DNA of 64,000 bases from an uncultured Fidelibacterota bacterium (GTDB lineage: Bacteria; Fidelibacterota; Marinisomatia; Marinisomatales; UBA1611): positions 1 through 64,000 of the forward strand of contig CAJWHW010000007.1 in the NCBI GenBank assembly GCA_913040915.1, read 5' to 3'. The position numbers were made by a program, and so were the translations under genes. The number at the start of each line of letters is the position of its first letter. Position 1 is the stretch's first letter. A model generated the notes under the pieces. It worked only from the letters and a program-made list of their open reading frames with translations, was not told the DNA's origin and made no database searches. Below are positions 16,903 to 30,432 of the stretch, one piece after another.

Positions 16903-17870
16903 TATTTCTGCCCTCCTTTTCCTGCTGTAAGGTTCAATAAGTTCAGCATATTTCCACTGTCCTTGTCCGGAATAACAACCTTGTCAATATCAGGTAAAAC
17001 TTTTTCCATTGTTTCTAAAAACAGGCGTTTTTGGGTAATGCTTTTAGCTTTTCTGTATTCTTTTAAAATGGTTGTGAATTTTGTAGCATCACCTTCTGCA
17101 CGTTTTATACGTGATTCTTTAAATCCTTCCGCATCTCTAATCATAGCTTCTGCTTCCCCCCGAGCTTTCGGGATTATATCATTTCGATAGCCCTCTGCCT
17201 GGTTGACCATTCTATTTTTATCTTCCTTTGCAGAAGCCACATCCTTAAATGCGCCAATAACTTCCTTTGGAGGAGATACATCCTGAAGCTGTACTGCAAC
17301 TACGTGTATCCCTGATTCATATTTATCCAGGATCGCCTGAAGTTGTGTCTTTGTTTCTTCCTGAATTGTAAATTTTCCTGTAGTAAGTGTTTCATCAATT
17401 TTATTTCTACCCACTACGGTTCTGAGACTTGCTTCAGAAGCTTCCCTAACAGTGAGTTCCGGTCCAACAATATTGAATAGATATGAAACCGGATCCTTAA
17501 TTTTGTATTGAACAATCATTTCAGCATCAACAATATTTTCATCTCCCGTAAGCATGAGGCTCTCTTTTTCAACCGTTCGATACTGCCCATTTCGCAATGT
17601 CCTAAATCCAATCTCAATACGTTTCACCTCTGTCACTTTAGGTGTGTTCACACTCTCAATCGGATAAGGGAAATGATAGTTCAATCCTGATTGTGCCACC
17701 CGGGTATATTCTCCAAAAGTACGCACAACCCCTACTTCATCTGGGCCTACCATATACACACCCGTAAATAACCATAGGGCCAGAGCAATACCCAATAATG
17801 GAATCAGTTTGATGTTAAACTCGGGAATCTGAACTTCCTGATCTCCGACAAATACACGTCTTGTTGCCAT
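16902..17870 (-). CDS. hflK: FtsH modulator HflK
   Basis: MLTGDENIV, QLQDV.PP.EV..AF.DV, IPKARGEA, AEGDA; SD AGGAG upstream. Confidence 0.95.
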   Translation of the reverse strand: MATRRVFVGDQEVQIPEFNIKLIPLLGIALALWLFTGVYMVGPDEVGVVRTFGEYTRVAQSGLNYHFPYPIESVNTPKVTEVKRIEIGFRTLRNGQYRTVEKESLMLTGDENIVDAEMIVQYKIKDPVSYLFNIVGPELTVREASEASLRTVVGRNKIDETLTTGKFTIQEETKTQLQAILDKYESGIHVVAVQLQDVSPPKEVIGAFKDVASAKEDKNRMVNQAEGYRNDIIPKARGEAEAMIRDAEGFKESRIKRAEGDATKFTTILKEYRKAKSITQKRLFLETMEKVLPDIDKVVIPDKDSGNMLNLLNLTAGKGGQK

Positions 17871-17880
17871 AAATACTCCT

Positions 17881-19224
17881 TTAAATTTCTTTTCTTAATC
17901 TCGCTACAGGGTATCCCATCTGATCCCTATATTTTGCCACGGTTCTTCGTGCAAGTGTATAGCCTTCTTTGGCTAATTCTTCTACAAGTGTATCATCACT
18001 TAATGGTTTATGCTTATCTTCAGCCTGAATGATCTTTTTCAAAGCTCTTTTGATGATAAATGTTCCCAGAATTCTGCCGTCATTTAATTCGATCGAATCT
18101 GTAAAAAAATGTTTCAGTTCAAAAATACCATAAGGAGTATCAACAAATTTTCTGCGGGTTGAACGACTGATAGTGGAAATATCCATTTTAATTTTATCCG
18201 CAATATCCTGAAGTTTCAGAGGCCGAAGAAAATCCATGTTGCCGGCAAACCATTCTGGCTGAAATTCAATGATAGCACGCATCACATTCACCATGGTAAT
18301 TCTTCTCTGGTGAACAGCCTCAATAAACCAGTTTGCAGATTCCATTTTTTCTTTAATAAATTTTTTGGCATCATTGCTGTATGAACCGTTATCTAATTGT
18401 TCTACATAATTTTGGCTAATCCGAAGTTCCGGAATACCACCGTCATTTGTCGTAATGACCCAATCATTACCATCTTCTCTGACGATTACATCAGGTATAA
18501 CAGTTTGAAATTTATCACCATAACCTTCACCTGGACGTGGATTTAAATGGGTAATATGCTCTATTGCATTATGTAACTCTTTTTCAGTGCACCCAAGACG
18601 GCTTTGAATCTTCTCATAGCGTTTGTGCATAAAATCATCAAAACAACTATGAACAATTTGGTGAGACAACGAACTTTCCTCACCCTCTAATTGAATCATA
18701 AGGCATTCTTCTAAACCTCTTGATGCAATACCTTTTGGTTCTAAACGCTGCACTTTATGTAGAATGGGTTCGATTTCTTCTTCAAGCATTTCATAACGGT
18801 CTGCTATAAGAATTAGATCCGTATCTAGATAGCCACGCTCATTCGTATTCCAGAGTATTTCTTCTGCAATTTCCCGCTTGTGATCGTCTAAATTAGAATC
18901 CTGGAGTTGTTGAATCAAATCCTCAATCAGAGTATGGCGATCCGGAAGTGGCATTTCCTTTTTTTCTTCGGAGAGGTAATAAGTAGATTCATCGCTGTAC
19001 ATATCTTCCAGTGAAACATCCATATCATCAATTGCTGTTTCTTCTTTGACTTCTTCCTGCTGGTCTTCAGGTTCTACCTGTTCTAAAAGTGGATTCTGTT
19101 CTAATTCCTCTAAAATAGCCTGCTCTAGATTTACGGTATTTAACTGTAGAAGTTGAGCTTGAAGTACTTGCCGCGGCGCAAGCTTTTGCTTTTGTGTTTG
19201 AATTTGTTTTAAAGATGTCGCCAT
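17881..19224 (-). CDS. rpoN: RNA polymerase sigma-54 factor
   Basis: Gln/Leu-rich region I, ELEQNPLLE, STISR, RpoN box ARRTVAKYR. Confidence 0.97.
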   Translation of the reverse strand: MATSLKQIQTQKQKLAPRQVLQAQLLQLNTVNLEQAILEELEQNPLLEQVEPEDQQEEVKEETAIDDMDVSLEDMYSDESTYYLSEEKKEMPLPDRHTLIEDLIQQLQDSNLDDHKREIAEEILWNTNERGYLDTDLILIADRYEMLEEEIEPILHKVQRLEPKGIASRGLEECLMIQLEGEESSLSHQIVHSCFDDFMHKRYEKIQSRLGCTEKELHNAIEHITHLNPRPGEGYGDKFQTVIPDVIVREDGNDWVITTNDGGIPELRISQNYVEQLDNGSYSNDAKKFIKEKMESANWFIEAVHQRRITMVNVMRAIIEFQPEWFAGNMDFLRPLKLQDIADKIKMDISTISRSTRRKFVDTPYGIFELKHFFTDSIELNDGRILGTFIIKRALKKIIQAEDKHKPLSDDTLVEELAKEGYTLARRTVAKYRDQMGYPVARLRKEI

Positions 19225-19964
19225 TAGTCAAGTTTAAATTTTTCACCTAAATAAAGCCTTCGCGCTTCTGCATCATTTGCTAAAAATTTTGATGTGCCGG
19301 ATTTTAAGATTTGACCGTCAAATAATAAATAGGATCGATCTGTAATAGAAAGTGTCTCCCTTACATTATGGTCAGTAATCAAAACACCAATTTCTTTTTC
19401 TTTAAGAGAATGAACGATACTTTGAATTTCTTCCACCGCAATGGGATCTACACCAGCAAAAGGTTCATCGAGTAATATAAAATCTGGATCCATACAAAGG
19501 CTCCTGGCTATTTCAACTCGCCGTCGTTCACCGCCTGAAAGCGTATTACCCTTTGACTTGGATAAATGAGATATGGATAAATCATCAAGAAGAGTTTCCA
19601 TTTTCACTTTTTGACTATTTTTAGTCAGATCTCTTCGCATTTCCAAAACTAGATTTAAATTGTCTTCAACAGAAAGTTTTCCAAAGATGGATGGCTCCTG
19701 GGCCAGATAACCGATACCTTTTCGAGCCCGTTTATACATTGCATCTTGAGTGATTTCTGTATCATCAAGAAACACATCTCCTTTTGTAGGTTTAATCATT
19801 CCTGTTATCATATAAAATGAAGTCGTTTTCCCAGCTCCGTTAGGCCCTAAAAGCCCAACAATTTCCCCACGGTCAACAGTTAAATCTACATCCTGTACAA
19901 CCATTCGTTTACCGTACTGTTTATATAAACCTTTTGCATGGAGAGTATTATGACGATCTCTCAT
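19224..19964 (-). CDS. lptB: LPS export ABC transporter ATP-binding protein LptB
   Basis: GPNGAGKTT, LSGGERRRVEIAR, DEPFAGVDP, ITDHNVRETL, YLGEKF. Confidence 0.96.
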   Translation of the reverse strand: MRDRHNTLHAKGLYKQYGKRMVVQDVDLTVDRGEIVGLLGPNGAGKTTSFYMITGMIKPTKGDVFLDDTEITQDAMYKRARKGIGYLAQEPSIFGKLSVEDNLNLVLEMRRDLTKNSQKVKMETLLDDLSISHLSKSKGNTLSGGERRRVEIARSLCMDPDFILLDEPFAGVDPIAVEEIQSIVHSLKEKEIGVLITDHNVRETLSITDRSYLLFDGQILKSGTSKFLANDAEARRLYLGEKFKLD

Positions 19965-20485
19965 TTAAATTCCCTTCCTGTAACACCGGATGGATTCAAA
20001 ATTCGCCAATTCTTTAAATCGGAGTCTGATTCAAATCCTACCCCATAAAGGGAATCAGCTTTTTCCGTTGTAATCATAATATTATCTTTTGTGCGAAGTT
20101 TTTCTTCCCTTGAACTCCAAGTTAAAGTATTGGTATATAGTGTGATACCGCTATCAGAAACCGCCACAACATTTCCAATTGCTTTCATATCATTAGAAGA
20201 CTGATCCACTTCTGCTTTATCAGAAGTAAGAACAGATGTATGCTGTTCTTTATCATCATAAAAATCCACTATAACGCTGCTGTCAAGTAGAACAAATGCA
20301 CGATCATTATATTTTTCTAAATGGCCAGATTGAACTTTTGCGCGCATCATTCCTTGATCCGTTAATATAATGGTTACCCCCCAGCTTTCTTGGTCAGGAA
20401 GACCAGCTCTAGACGGAAGATCTTCAACTCTCTCCCGCTGGCATGATATAAATATCAATAATATAAATAAAAAAAAAGAGCGCAT
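19961..20485 (-). CDS. lptC: LPS export periplasmic protein LptC
   Basis: PDQESW, A.GNVV..SDSG..LYT..L.W, G.GFESD; position between kdsC and lptB; lipobox-like FISC. Confidence 0.88.
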   Translation of the reverse strand: MRSFFLFILLIFISCQRERVEDLPSRAGLPDQESWGVTIILTDQGMMRAKVQSGHLEKYNDRAFVLLDSSVIVDFYDDKEQHTSVLTSDKAEVDQSSNDMKAIGNVVAVSDSGITLYTNTLTWSSREEKLRTKDNIMITTEKADSLYGVGFESDSDLKNWRILNPSGVTGREFK

Positions 20486-20489
20486 AGGA

Positions 20490-23445
<2,956 letters not shown>

Positions 23446-24180
23446 TTAATATTCCAGCTGAATTGGTTTTTGTAAATTGTTCATAATTTTAGAAACTTTT
23501 TCTAAATCTCCTTCTGTATCCACAGCCCATTGATCGCAATTTGATATCATGGCCCGAATAGGTAGACCATTATCTAAGGCTCTCAATTGTTCCAAAGATC
23601 GTTCAACTTCTCTTTGACTTGGTTCCATCATAGTAAACTGGTATAATGCATTTCTGCGGAATCCATATATTCCAATATGACGATAAACGCCACCGATTTC
23701 TAAATCAAAAATATTTCGTTTGAATTCAATACAATTAGATTGATCATCCAATAATGCCTTTACAATATTGGGGTTTAATAAATTGCTGACAGTAAGCCTG
23801 CGACTAACAACAGTGGACATATGCACCTTTTGATCTTCAAAAGTTGTGACCAAAGCATCTATCAGATCGGGATCTATTAGAGGTTCATCTCCCTGAATGT
23901 TTATTATTATTTCAGCCTCATCTATTTTTTGGATGACTTCTGCAACTCTGTCTGTACCAGATTGATGTTGCCTAGAAGTCATCACCATTTCAAAATCAAA
24001 TTCAGCCAATGCTTCCTGAGTCTCTTCCGAATCAATAGCCAAAATAACCCTATCAATAGAATTAGCTTCTTTTACCCGATCTACGACATGCGCAATCATC
24101 GGTTTGCCATGGAGGAGAGCCAAAATCTTTTTTGGAAATCTTTTTGAATCAAGCCGTGCAGGTATTACACCGATATTCAT
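23446..24180 (-). CDS. kdsB: CMP-KDO synthetase
   Basis: IPARLDSKRFPKK, HQSGTDR, NIQGDEP, HIGIYGF, LEQLRAL. Confidence 0.95.
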   Translation of the reverse strand: MNIGVIPARLDSKRFPKKILALLHGKPMIAHVVDRVKEANSIDRVILAIDSEETQEALAEFDFEMVMTSRQHQSGTDRVAEVIQKIDEAEIIINIQGDEPLIDPDLIDALVTTFEDQKVHMSTVVSRRLTVSNLLNPNIVKALLDDQSNCIEFKRNIFDLEIGGVYRHIGIYGFRRNALYQFTMMEPSQREVERSLEQLRALDNGLPIRAMISNCDQWAVDTEGDLEKVSKIMNNLQKPIQLEY

Positions 24181-24286
24181 CTGATTTTTTATATATTTTT
24201 ATTGGGGACACGTTTTGGACACCCATGTTCAAATGAAAGGAATTTTTATCATGGATAAAACTAAAAATAAATGAGTTATAAAAAAC

Positions 24287-24302
24287 AGGCATGATTTTTG
24301 CA
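24287..24302 (+). promoter_or_regulatory. Candidate sigma-54 (-24/-12) promoter
   Basis: AGGCATGATTTTTGCA has exact GG-N10-GC spacing and is close to TGGCACG-N4-TTGCW; a GGACAC direct repeat (24206-24211, 24217-24222) lies about 70-80 bp upstream. Confidence 0.45.
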
Positions 24303-24361
24303 TTGAAATTTACCCGCTTGAGATGGAAAGGGAAAATTTATTCTAAACATATAATAACCTA

Positions 24362-24594
24362 GGCGATGGTAATTCGGATCCCCAACCATTAAATCTTGAC
24401 GGAATGGCTATTAGTGGAGATAGTGGTGGCTCTTGTTTTGGAAAATTTGGAGAAGAGTAGAAAATAATTGATATTCTATATCGGACACCATTAACTATGG
24501 CGGTGTTGCCGAATACAAAAAAGTCTCAATGTAAAAAGACTGGATTGAAGATGTAATTAATTCCAATGTACCAGAATTACTAGTATCACCATAA
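24362..24594 (+). pseudogene. Remnant of a trypsin-like (S1) serine protease, C-terminal part
   Basis: Manual translation: GDGNSDPQPLNLDGMAISGDSGGSCFGKFGEE*KIIDIL, then after a frameshift NYGGVAEYKKVSM*KDWIEDVINSNVPELLVSP*; catalytic GDSGG at 24416-24430. Confidence 0.75.
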
Positions 24595-24601
24595 ATTGAA
24601 C

Positions 24602-25855
24602 TTATTCAAATCTTAATGATTCAATAGGATCCATATTAGCAGCTTTCCATGCAGGGTAGATACCAAATCCAATACCAATTACAGAACAGACGGCTAACCC
24701 GATAAATGCCCAGTCCAATGGAATAACAGCAGGTATATTAAAAATAGCAGCTACGGCATTTCCACCGGCTACGCCGAGCACAATTCCTGCTATACCGCCA
24801 AATTCACTTAAGAACACAGCTTCAGTTAGAAATTGAGTAAGAATATCTCTGCGTGTTGCTCCAATGGCTTTACGAATACCAATTTCTTTGATGCGTTCAG
24901 ATACAGAAACCAACATGATATTCATGATTCCTATTCCAGCAACTACCAGAGCAATAACACTAACAGAAAATGCAAACACTTTAATTCCATTAGTAAAACC
25001 CGATATTTCTTCCAATATCTCTTCATTAGATGTCAATTCAAAATTATTATCTTCTCCAGGTGGTACTTTTCTTAGCGTTCTTAAAATGCCGATAATTTCG
25101 TCACGAGTTTGTTCGTATAACTCTGATGATGGTGCTTCTACTGAAATTTCAATGTTATGTCGCCATCCACCGTACATTTGTAAATGCGTAGTCAAGGGTA
25201 TACCAATAATATTATCCTGACTCTCACCAAACATTGCCCCTATTTCCTCAATCACACCAATGATACGAAACTTAATTCCATCAATCGTAATTGTTTTATC
25301 CAATGGATCTTCATATGGGAATAGTTGGGTAATGGCATCTTTTCCGATTAAGGCTGTCTTCCGATGATGAAGAACATCATCCTGACTGAAATTTCGTCCA
25401 TCGCTGATATTTGTATTTAAGGTTCTAAGGCTCCACTCATCACATCCATAAACTTCGATATTTTTTGTGGCCTGTTTATCCCTATACTTTACAGTAGATC
25501 CCATTTCAATATCTTGTGCACTTACATGGAGAGGCAGTTGTGCTCTAGCTTTTAAATCTTCATAAAGCTGGTATGTAATATTCGGTCGGTTTTTATATCT
25601 CCATCTTCTTCCTTTACCAAATTGAAATTCTGGCCTTTTAGTAATGTAGAAAGTATTTGTACCAAAAACATTCAAGCCTTTTTCCACAGATGACTCAAGA
25701 GTTCTTATTGCTGTCATGACTCCGATGACAGAAAAAACACCAATTGTTATACCCAACAGGGTTAAGATAGAACGTAGTTTATTATCCCGAATAGCTTCCA
25801 GAGCCATTCTAAAACTTTCTATTAGAGTGTTTTTTAAATGAGATTTCTTTTCCAT
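24602..25855 (-). CDS. MacB/FtsX-family ABC transporter permease
   Basis: NKLRSILTLLGI.IG, GIGIMNIMLVSVSERIKEIGIRKAIGA, YPAWKAA.MDPIESLRFE. Confidence 0.93.
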   Translation of the reverse strand: MEKKSHLKNTLIESFRMALEAIRDNKLRSILTLLGITIGVFSVIGVMTAIRTLESSVEKGLNVFGTNTFYITKRPEFQFGKGRRWRYKNRPNITYQLYEDLKARAQLPLHVSAQDIEMGSTVKYRDKQATKNIEVYGCDEWSLRTLNTNISDGRNFSQDDVLHHRKTALIGKDAITQLFPYEDPLDKTITIDGIKFRIIGVIEEIGAMFGESQDNIIGIPLTTHLQMYGGWRHNIEISVEAPSSELYEQTRDEIIGILRTLRKVPPGEDNNFELTSNEEILEEISGFTNGIKVFAFSVSVIALVVAGIGIMNIMLVSVSERIKEIGIRKAIGATRRDILTQFLTEAVFLSEFGGIAGIVLGVAGGNAVAAIFNIPAVIPLDWAFIGLAVCSVIGIGFGIYPAWKAANMDPIESLRFE

Positions 25856-25874
25856 TTATACAAAATTATTTTCA

Positions 25875-27089
25875 TTACTCATAACGAAGTGCATCAATGG
25901 GATCTAATTTTGCTGCTTTATAGGATGGAGCGAGACCTGATATGATTCCAACAAACATGGAAAGTCCTAAAGCACTCAATGCTAAATCAAGCGGCATGTC
26001 CGAAGGAAAATATTGATTAATTATAAGACTTCCTCCCCATGCCAAACCCATTCCAATAAGCCCACCAAAAAGGCAAATAGTAATAGCTTCCATTAAAAAT
26101 TGTCCTAAAATCATTTTTGGCGTGGCTCCTAATGCCTTTCGTGTACCTATCTCTCTTGTTCGTTCTTTCACTGAAACAAACATAATATTGGCAATACCAA
26201 TTCCACCAACCACCAAGGATAATACAGTAATAAAAAAACCTGTTCCTCCTATGGCTAGTTTGATCATAGAATATTGTTTTTTAAAAGGGTCTTGTCGATT
26301 TATTGCAAAATTATTTTCACTGGTAGGTCGTATATGCCTTAGTTGACGCATCATGGCAGTAAGTTCTTCAGTGGCATTTTCTATTTGATTGTGGGCCACT
26401 TTCACATTAATCCCGGTCCAGCCTCTACGGGTAAATAAGCGCTGATGGGTACCAATAGGAATTATAATTTGTTTATCTAAACTAAACATCCCAAGAAACT
26501 TTCCTTGTTTCTCAAGCTCACCAATGACACGAAATGTATAATTACCTATAGTTATCTTTTTACTAATGGAATTTTCATTTTCAAATAAATTATCTGCAAT
26601 ATCCTTTCCTATGATAGCTACTCTTGAGCCAGATCTGCTTTCTGAATTTGAAAAAAACCTTCCCCTATCAATTTCAGCAGTGGAAATAAGAGCATATTCA
26701 TCTGTTGTCCCAGTCACTCTTACCCCGCCAATATCATTCTCACCCCTTTTTACAGTCGTCCACCACTCGGATATAGGCGCTACATATTGAGTGTATCTGG
26801 ATCGTTCACGGATCACATCTGCATGGTTGATTTTTATATTGGGCCTATTTTTCATTTCCCACCATTCTTTATCACCAAACCATTCAAACTTTCTTATATA
26901 TAGCACATCTTTCCCAAGGAACTCCATACTTTTTTCAAAAGATTGATCCAGACCTGATATAAGAGTTCCCATTAATGTGACGGCAAGGATACCAATCACC
27001 ACTCCCAGAGCTGTAAGTAAGGAGCGCATTTTATTTGCCATGACGGCAGTTAGAGAAATACGCAGATTTTCAAAGAATAAACTAAACAT
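25875..27089 (-). CDS. MacB/FtsX-family ABC transporter permease (paralogue)
   Basis: NKMRSLLTALG, GGIGIANIMFVSVKERTREIG.RKALGA, DPIDALRYE. Confidence 0.93.
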   Translation of the reverse strand: MFSLFFENLRISLTAVMANKMRSLLTALGVVIGILAVTLMGTLISGLDQSFEKSMEFLGKDVLYIRKFEWFGDKEWWEMKNRPNIKINHADVIRERSRYTQYVAPISEWWTTVKRGENDIGGVRVTGTTDEYALISTAEIDRGRFFSNSESRSGSRVAIIGKDIADNLFENENSISKKITIGNYTFRVIGELEKQGKFLGMFSLDKQIIIPIGTHQRLFTRRGWTGINVKVAHNQIENATEELTAMMRQLRHIRPTSENNFAINRQDPFKKQYSMIKLAIGGTGFFITVLSLVVGGIGIANIMFVSVKERTREIGTRKALGATPKMILGQFLMEAITICLFGGLIGMGLAWGGSLIINQYFPSDMPLDLALSALGLSMFVGIISGLAPSYKAAKLDPIDALRYE

Positions 27090-27775
27090 TAAACAGTTGA
27101 GTAAATATCCTCTTTAATTTTTCCATCAAATAACCTAATAGTTCGATGAGCATGGGAAGCCACATCATCTTCATGAGTTACAAGTATAATTGTATTCCCG
27201 GCCTGATGGAGCGAATCGAATATCCCCATAATTTCTGTACCGCTTTTTGAATCAAGGTTACCTGTTGGTTCGTCCGCTAAAATAATGGATGGATTATTCA
27301 CCAATGCACGTGCGATGGCAACACGCTGTCGTTGCCCACCAGATAATTCATTAGGCTTATGATGCATTCGATCTCCCAAACCGACACTTTCAAGAGCTTT
27401 AACAGCCATAGACTGCCGCTGATTTTGAATAATATTACCATAGATAAGAGGAATCTCAACATTATGCTGTGCAGTAGCCTTTGGGAGGAGATTGAATGTC
27501 TGAAATACAAATCCAATTTTTCTGTTTCGAATAGATGCTAATTGATCATCATTCATCTCGTGAACTTTTTCACCTTCAAATTCATATAAACCGGAAGTAG
27601 GCGTGTCCAGGCAGCCAATCATATTCATTAATGTAGACTTGCCGGATCCAGAAGGCCCCATGATGGCTAAATATTCATTTTCTTGAATCATGAGATCTAC
27701 TCCATCCAAGGCTCGAACTTCTTCACCACCTACATTGTAAATCTTAAAAATCTCTTTTAGAGAAATTAGCGACAT
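27089..27775 (-). CDS. MacB-type ABC transporter ATP-binding protein
   Basis: [34 protein letters not shown]; start set at MSLISL (27775). Confidence 0.94.
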   Translation of the reverse strand: MSLISLKEIFKIYNVGGEEVRALDGVDLMIQENEYLAIMGPSGSGKSTLMNMIGCLDTPTSGLYEFEGEKVHEMNDDQLASIRNRKIGFVFQTFNLLPKATAQHNVEIPLIYGNIIQNQRQSMAVKALESVGLGDRMHHKPNELSGGQRQRVAIARALVNNPSIILADEPTGNLDSKSGTEIMGIFDSLHQAGNTIILVTHEDDVASHAHRTIRLFDGKIKEDIYSTV

Positions 27776-27779
27776 ATTA

Positions 27780-29060
27780 CTATTGCTTTTTCCATTCACT
27801 ACCAAAGCCTTGGCCAACGGAAACAAGCATACCATGCTCAAGCTCCCTACTGATTGCCTTATAACTCCCTGTAACAATAGAAGCACCTTCATCAATTCCA
27901 GATTTCACAGCATAATGACTTTCACTATCTACATCCACATCTACAGGTGTAATAATAGCATATTTTTTCCCTTCAGGTGCAATCTCACTTTCAAATTCAT
28001 CCTTTAAAACAAAGACTACTTCAATCATTTTTTCTTTTTTCCATCCTTCATTTTCTGAGCTTCTTTCAACGCCACGTCCCTCTTTCTTTTTTCCTGCCTT
28101 TCGTTTTGCCATTTTTTCATATTTCTCTGAGCGAGCAGTTAGAGATTGAATTGGGACAGAAATTGCATTTTTTCTTATTTCTGTAATGATATTAACTGTG
28201 CTACTCATCCCCGGACGAATTGTTCCTGGAGGGTCGATCATTTTCACCTTTACTTTAAAATTAGTGACTTGCTCTTGGCTTCCTAAATTCATTGATTGAG
28301 CCGTATGGGCAATTTCACTTACAACCCCATAAAATATTGTATCAGGGAGTGCATCCACTTCAACTTCTGCAGTATCTCCTACAGATACAGTCACAACATC
28401 ATTTTCATTTACATCTACTAGCACTTCCATTCTACTTAAATCAGCGATAGTCATTACAACACCGGGGTTGAACATCCCGCCAACAGCCATTTCCCCAACT
28501 TCTTTAGTCAAACTTGTAACAATACCATAGGCAGGAGCTAATAATTTGGTTTTGGAGAGTTCATCTTCTCTGGAAAGCAAGGATGAACGTGCCTGCTCCA
28601 CTTGACTTGAAGCTAACTCAAAGGATGCTTCAATTTGTTCTAATTCCTGCTTGGATATCAGATTTTGTTCAAATAAAGATTCAGTTCGTATTTTTTGAGC
28701 TTTGACTTGCTTTAGATTTGCTTCGGCAGATTTCACACTGGATAATGTTTGGTTATAAGCCGCTCTATATTGTTTTTCATCCAGAGCAATGAGCATTTGC
28801 CCAGGTCTTACTGTATCCCCTTCAGCCACAGTGATATCAGTGATCCATGCTGTAATAGTAGATGAAATTTGTACTTCTTCCTCAGGCTGGATTCTACCGT
28901 TTGCATTCACCTTATGGATAATATCTCTGCGGAGAACTTTCTCAGCTTGAACAGAAATTTCTTCATCATTGGAAAAGCCGATTACGCCATAAGATATCCA
29001 TGCAAAGATGATAATTAATATAGGAATCCAGATTTTTTTCTTTTTAAAATGTTTTATCAT
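27780..29060 (-). CDS. MacA/HlyD-family periplasmic adaptor subunit
   Basis: N-terminal TM anchor, V.EGD.V..GQ lipoyl-like halves, alpha-hairpin, IADLSRM, IRPGMS. Confidence 0.92.
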   Translation of the reverse strand: MIKHFKKKKIWIPILIIIFAWISYGVIGFSNDEEISVQAEKVLRRDIIHKVNANGRIQPEEEVQISSTITAWITDITVAEGDTVRPGQMLIALDEKQYRAAYNQTLSSVKSAEANLKQVKAQKIRTESLFEQNLISKQELEQIEASFELASSQVEQARSSLLSREDELSKTKLLAPAYGIVTSLTKEVGEMAVGGMFNPGVVMTIADLSRMEVLVDVNENDVVTVSVGDTAEVEVDALPDTIFYGVVSEIAHTAQSMNLGSQEQVTNFKVKVKMIDPPGTIRPGMSSTVNIITEIRKNAISVPIQSLTARSEKYEKMAKRKAGKKKEGRGVERSSENEGWKKEKMIEVVFVLKDEFESEIAPEGKKYAIITPVDVDVDSESHYAVKSGIDEGASIVTGSYKAISRELEHGMLVSVGQGFGSEWKKQ

Positions 29061-29066
29061 ATTTAG

Positions 29067-30392
29067 TTAGTCTTCTTTGGTTTGAAACTCTAAATCCAAG
29101 GTCCCCAGTAAAGCTTTCAAACTTGCTTCTTGCATCCTGGCATCATGGATTGTGTTAATGAGTGTTGAATTTGAACGAATAAGAGATACTTGTGCATCAA
29201 GAACTTCTAAAATAGTTGCAGACCCTAAACTGTATCTTTCTCGAACTAATTTTAAATCTTCCTCTGCAGAAGCCACTACAGCCCGGTTAATAGGTATTAT
29301 CTCAGTATAATTCTCCAAAGTTTTGCGAATCAATTCTGCTTGAACCCGCAGATCATTCAATAAGGTCACATAATTATATTCCGATTGCTGTTTAGATAAT
29401 TTGGCCTGATGTTGCTGAACTGAAAGTGAATTCCCAGTATAAATTGGGACACTGACAGAGAAATTCATCCCTAGAGACCAATTGTCTTTTATAGCATCCC
29501 TTAATTCTTCACTATTTTCTCCATTTGCTGAATAACTGACAGAAGAATTGAGGGATGGCATCCGCATTCCTTTTACCATTTTATAGGAAATTTCCCCTAA
29601 ATAAATCTGTTCCTGTGAAATGAGTAAATTAGGATTACTTGTTTTTAAAACTTGAAGTATTTCGCTACTGGGTGGTATAACAGGGGCGGTCCAAGTATCC
29701 TCTCTAGCAGTAATCGGTTGTCCAAAGTCCTGTAGGCCCATGTCATTGAATAACACCCGGCGGGCATTATCAAGATTCGTTTGTCTACTTAGCACTTCTA
29801 CTCTGGCCTGACCTTGTGCAACTTTAGCTTTTAATAGGTCAGTTCGCTTAACTACACCCAAATCAAATTGTTTTTGCACAAGGGAAACCTGTTGTTCAGA
29901 CATCTCTAAATTTTTAAGTGCTACCTCATAAAATTCCTGTGCTTTTAAGAGCCCGTAGTAAGATTGAATAACATTTTGGATAACTTGAATTTTAGTGGAA
30001 CGATGATTCAACCTTGCAATATTAAGCTGAGACTTAGCCTGCTTTACTTGGTTTAAAGAACGGCCACCATTAAAAATATTCTGATTTAAAGAAATACCGG
30101 CAGATATATTATCATAAGAACTTGAGAGTGTAGTATCAACAGAAAATGTCTCAAAATTTGGTGTAATTGTTTCAACTTGAGGGAAATGTGTACGACCGGT
30201 GCTTGTAGAAGCACTTAATGAAGGTAGAAAGCCGCTGTATGATCCCTTTACACCTTCTTCCGCAGAAAAAACACCCAACTCTGATGACTGCAGTGTTTTT
30301 TTCGAACCAAGTGCAATCTCAATACAATCAGCTAATTCATATCCCTGAGCGAATAAGCCAGAAAAGAAAAATATGATAAATGATTTTTTCAT
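29067..30392 (-). CDS. TolC-family outer membrane efflux protein
   Basis: Signal peptide; two OEP repeats (..LPSL...QNIFNGG; ..MPSL...VPIYTG), ERYSLGSATILEVLDAQ. Confidence 0.92.
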   Translation of the reverse strand: MKKSFIIFFFSGLFAQGYELADCIEIALGSKKTLQSSELGVFSAEEGVKGSYSGFLPSLSASTSTGRTHFPQVETITPNFETFSVDTTLSSSYDNISAGISLNQNIFNGGRSLNQVKQAKSQLNIARLNHRSTKIQVIQNVIQSYYGLLKAQEFYEVALKNLEMSEQQVSLVQKQFDLGVVKRTDLLKAKVAQGQARVEVLSRQTNLDNARRVLFNDMGLQDFGQPITAREDTWTAPVIPPSSEILQVLKTSNPNLLISQEQIYLGEISYKMVKGMRMPSLNSSVSYSANGENSEELRDAIKDNWSLGMNFSVSVPIYTGNSLSVQQHQAKLSKQQSEYNYVTLLNDLRVQAELIRKTLENYTEIIPINRAVVASAEEDLKLVRERYSLGSATILEVLDAQVSLIRSNSTLINTIHDARMQEASLKALLGTLDLEFQTKED

Positions 30393-30432
30393 TTTTTTGA
30401 ACTTTTATATTTGAAAAGTTTAATATTAAAAA

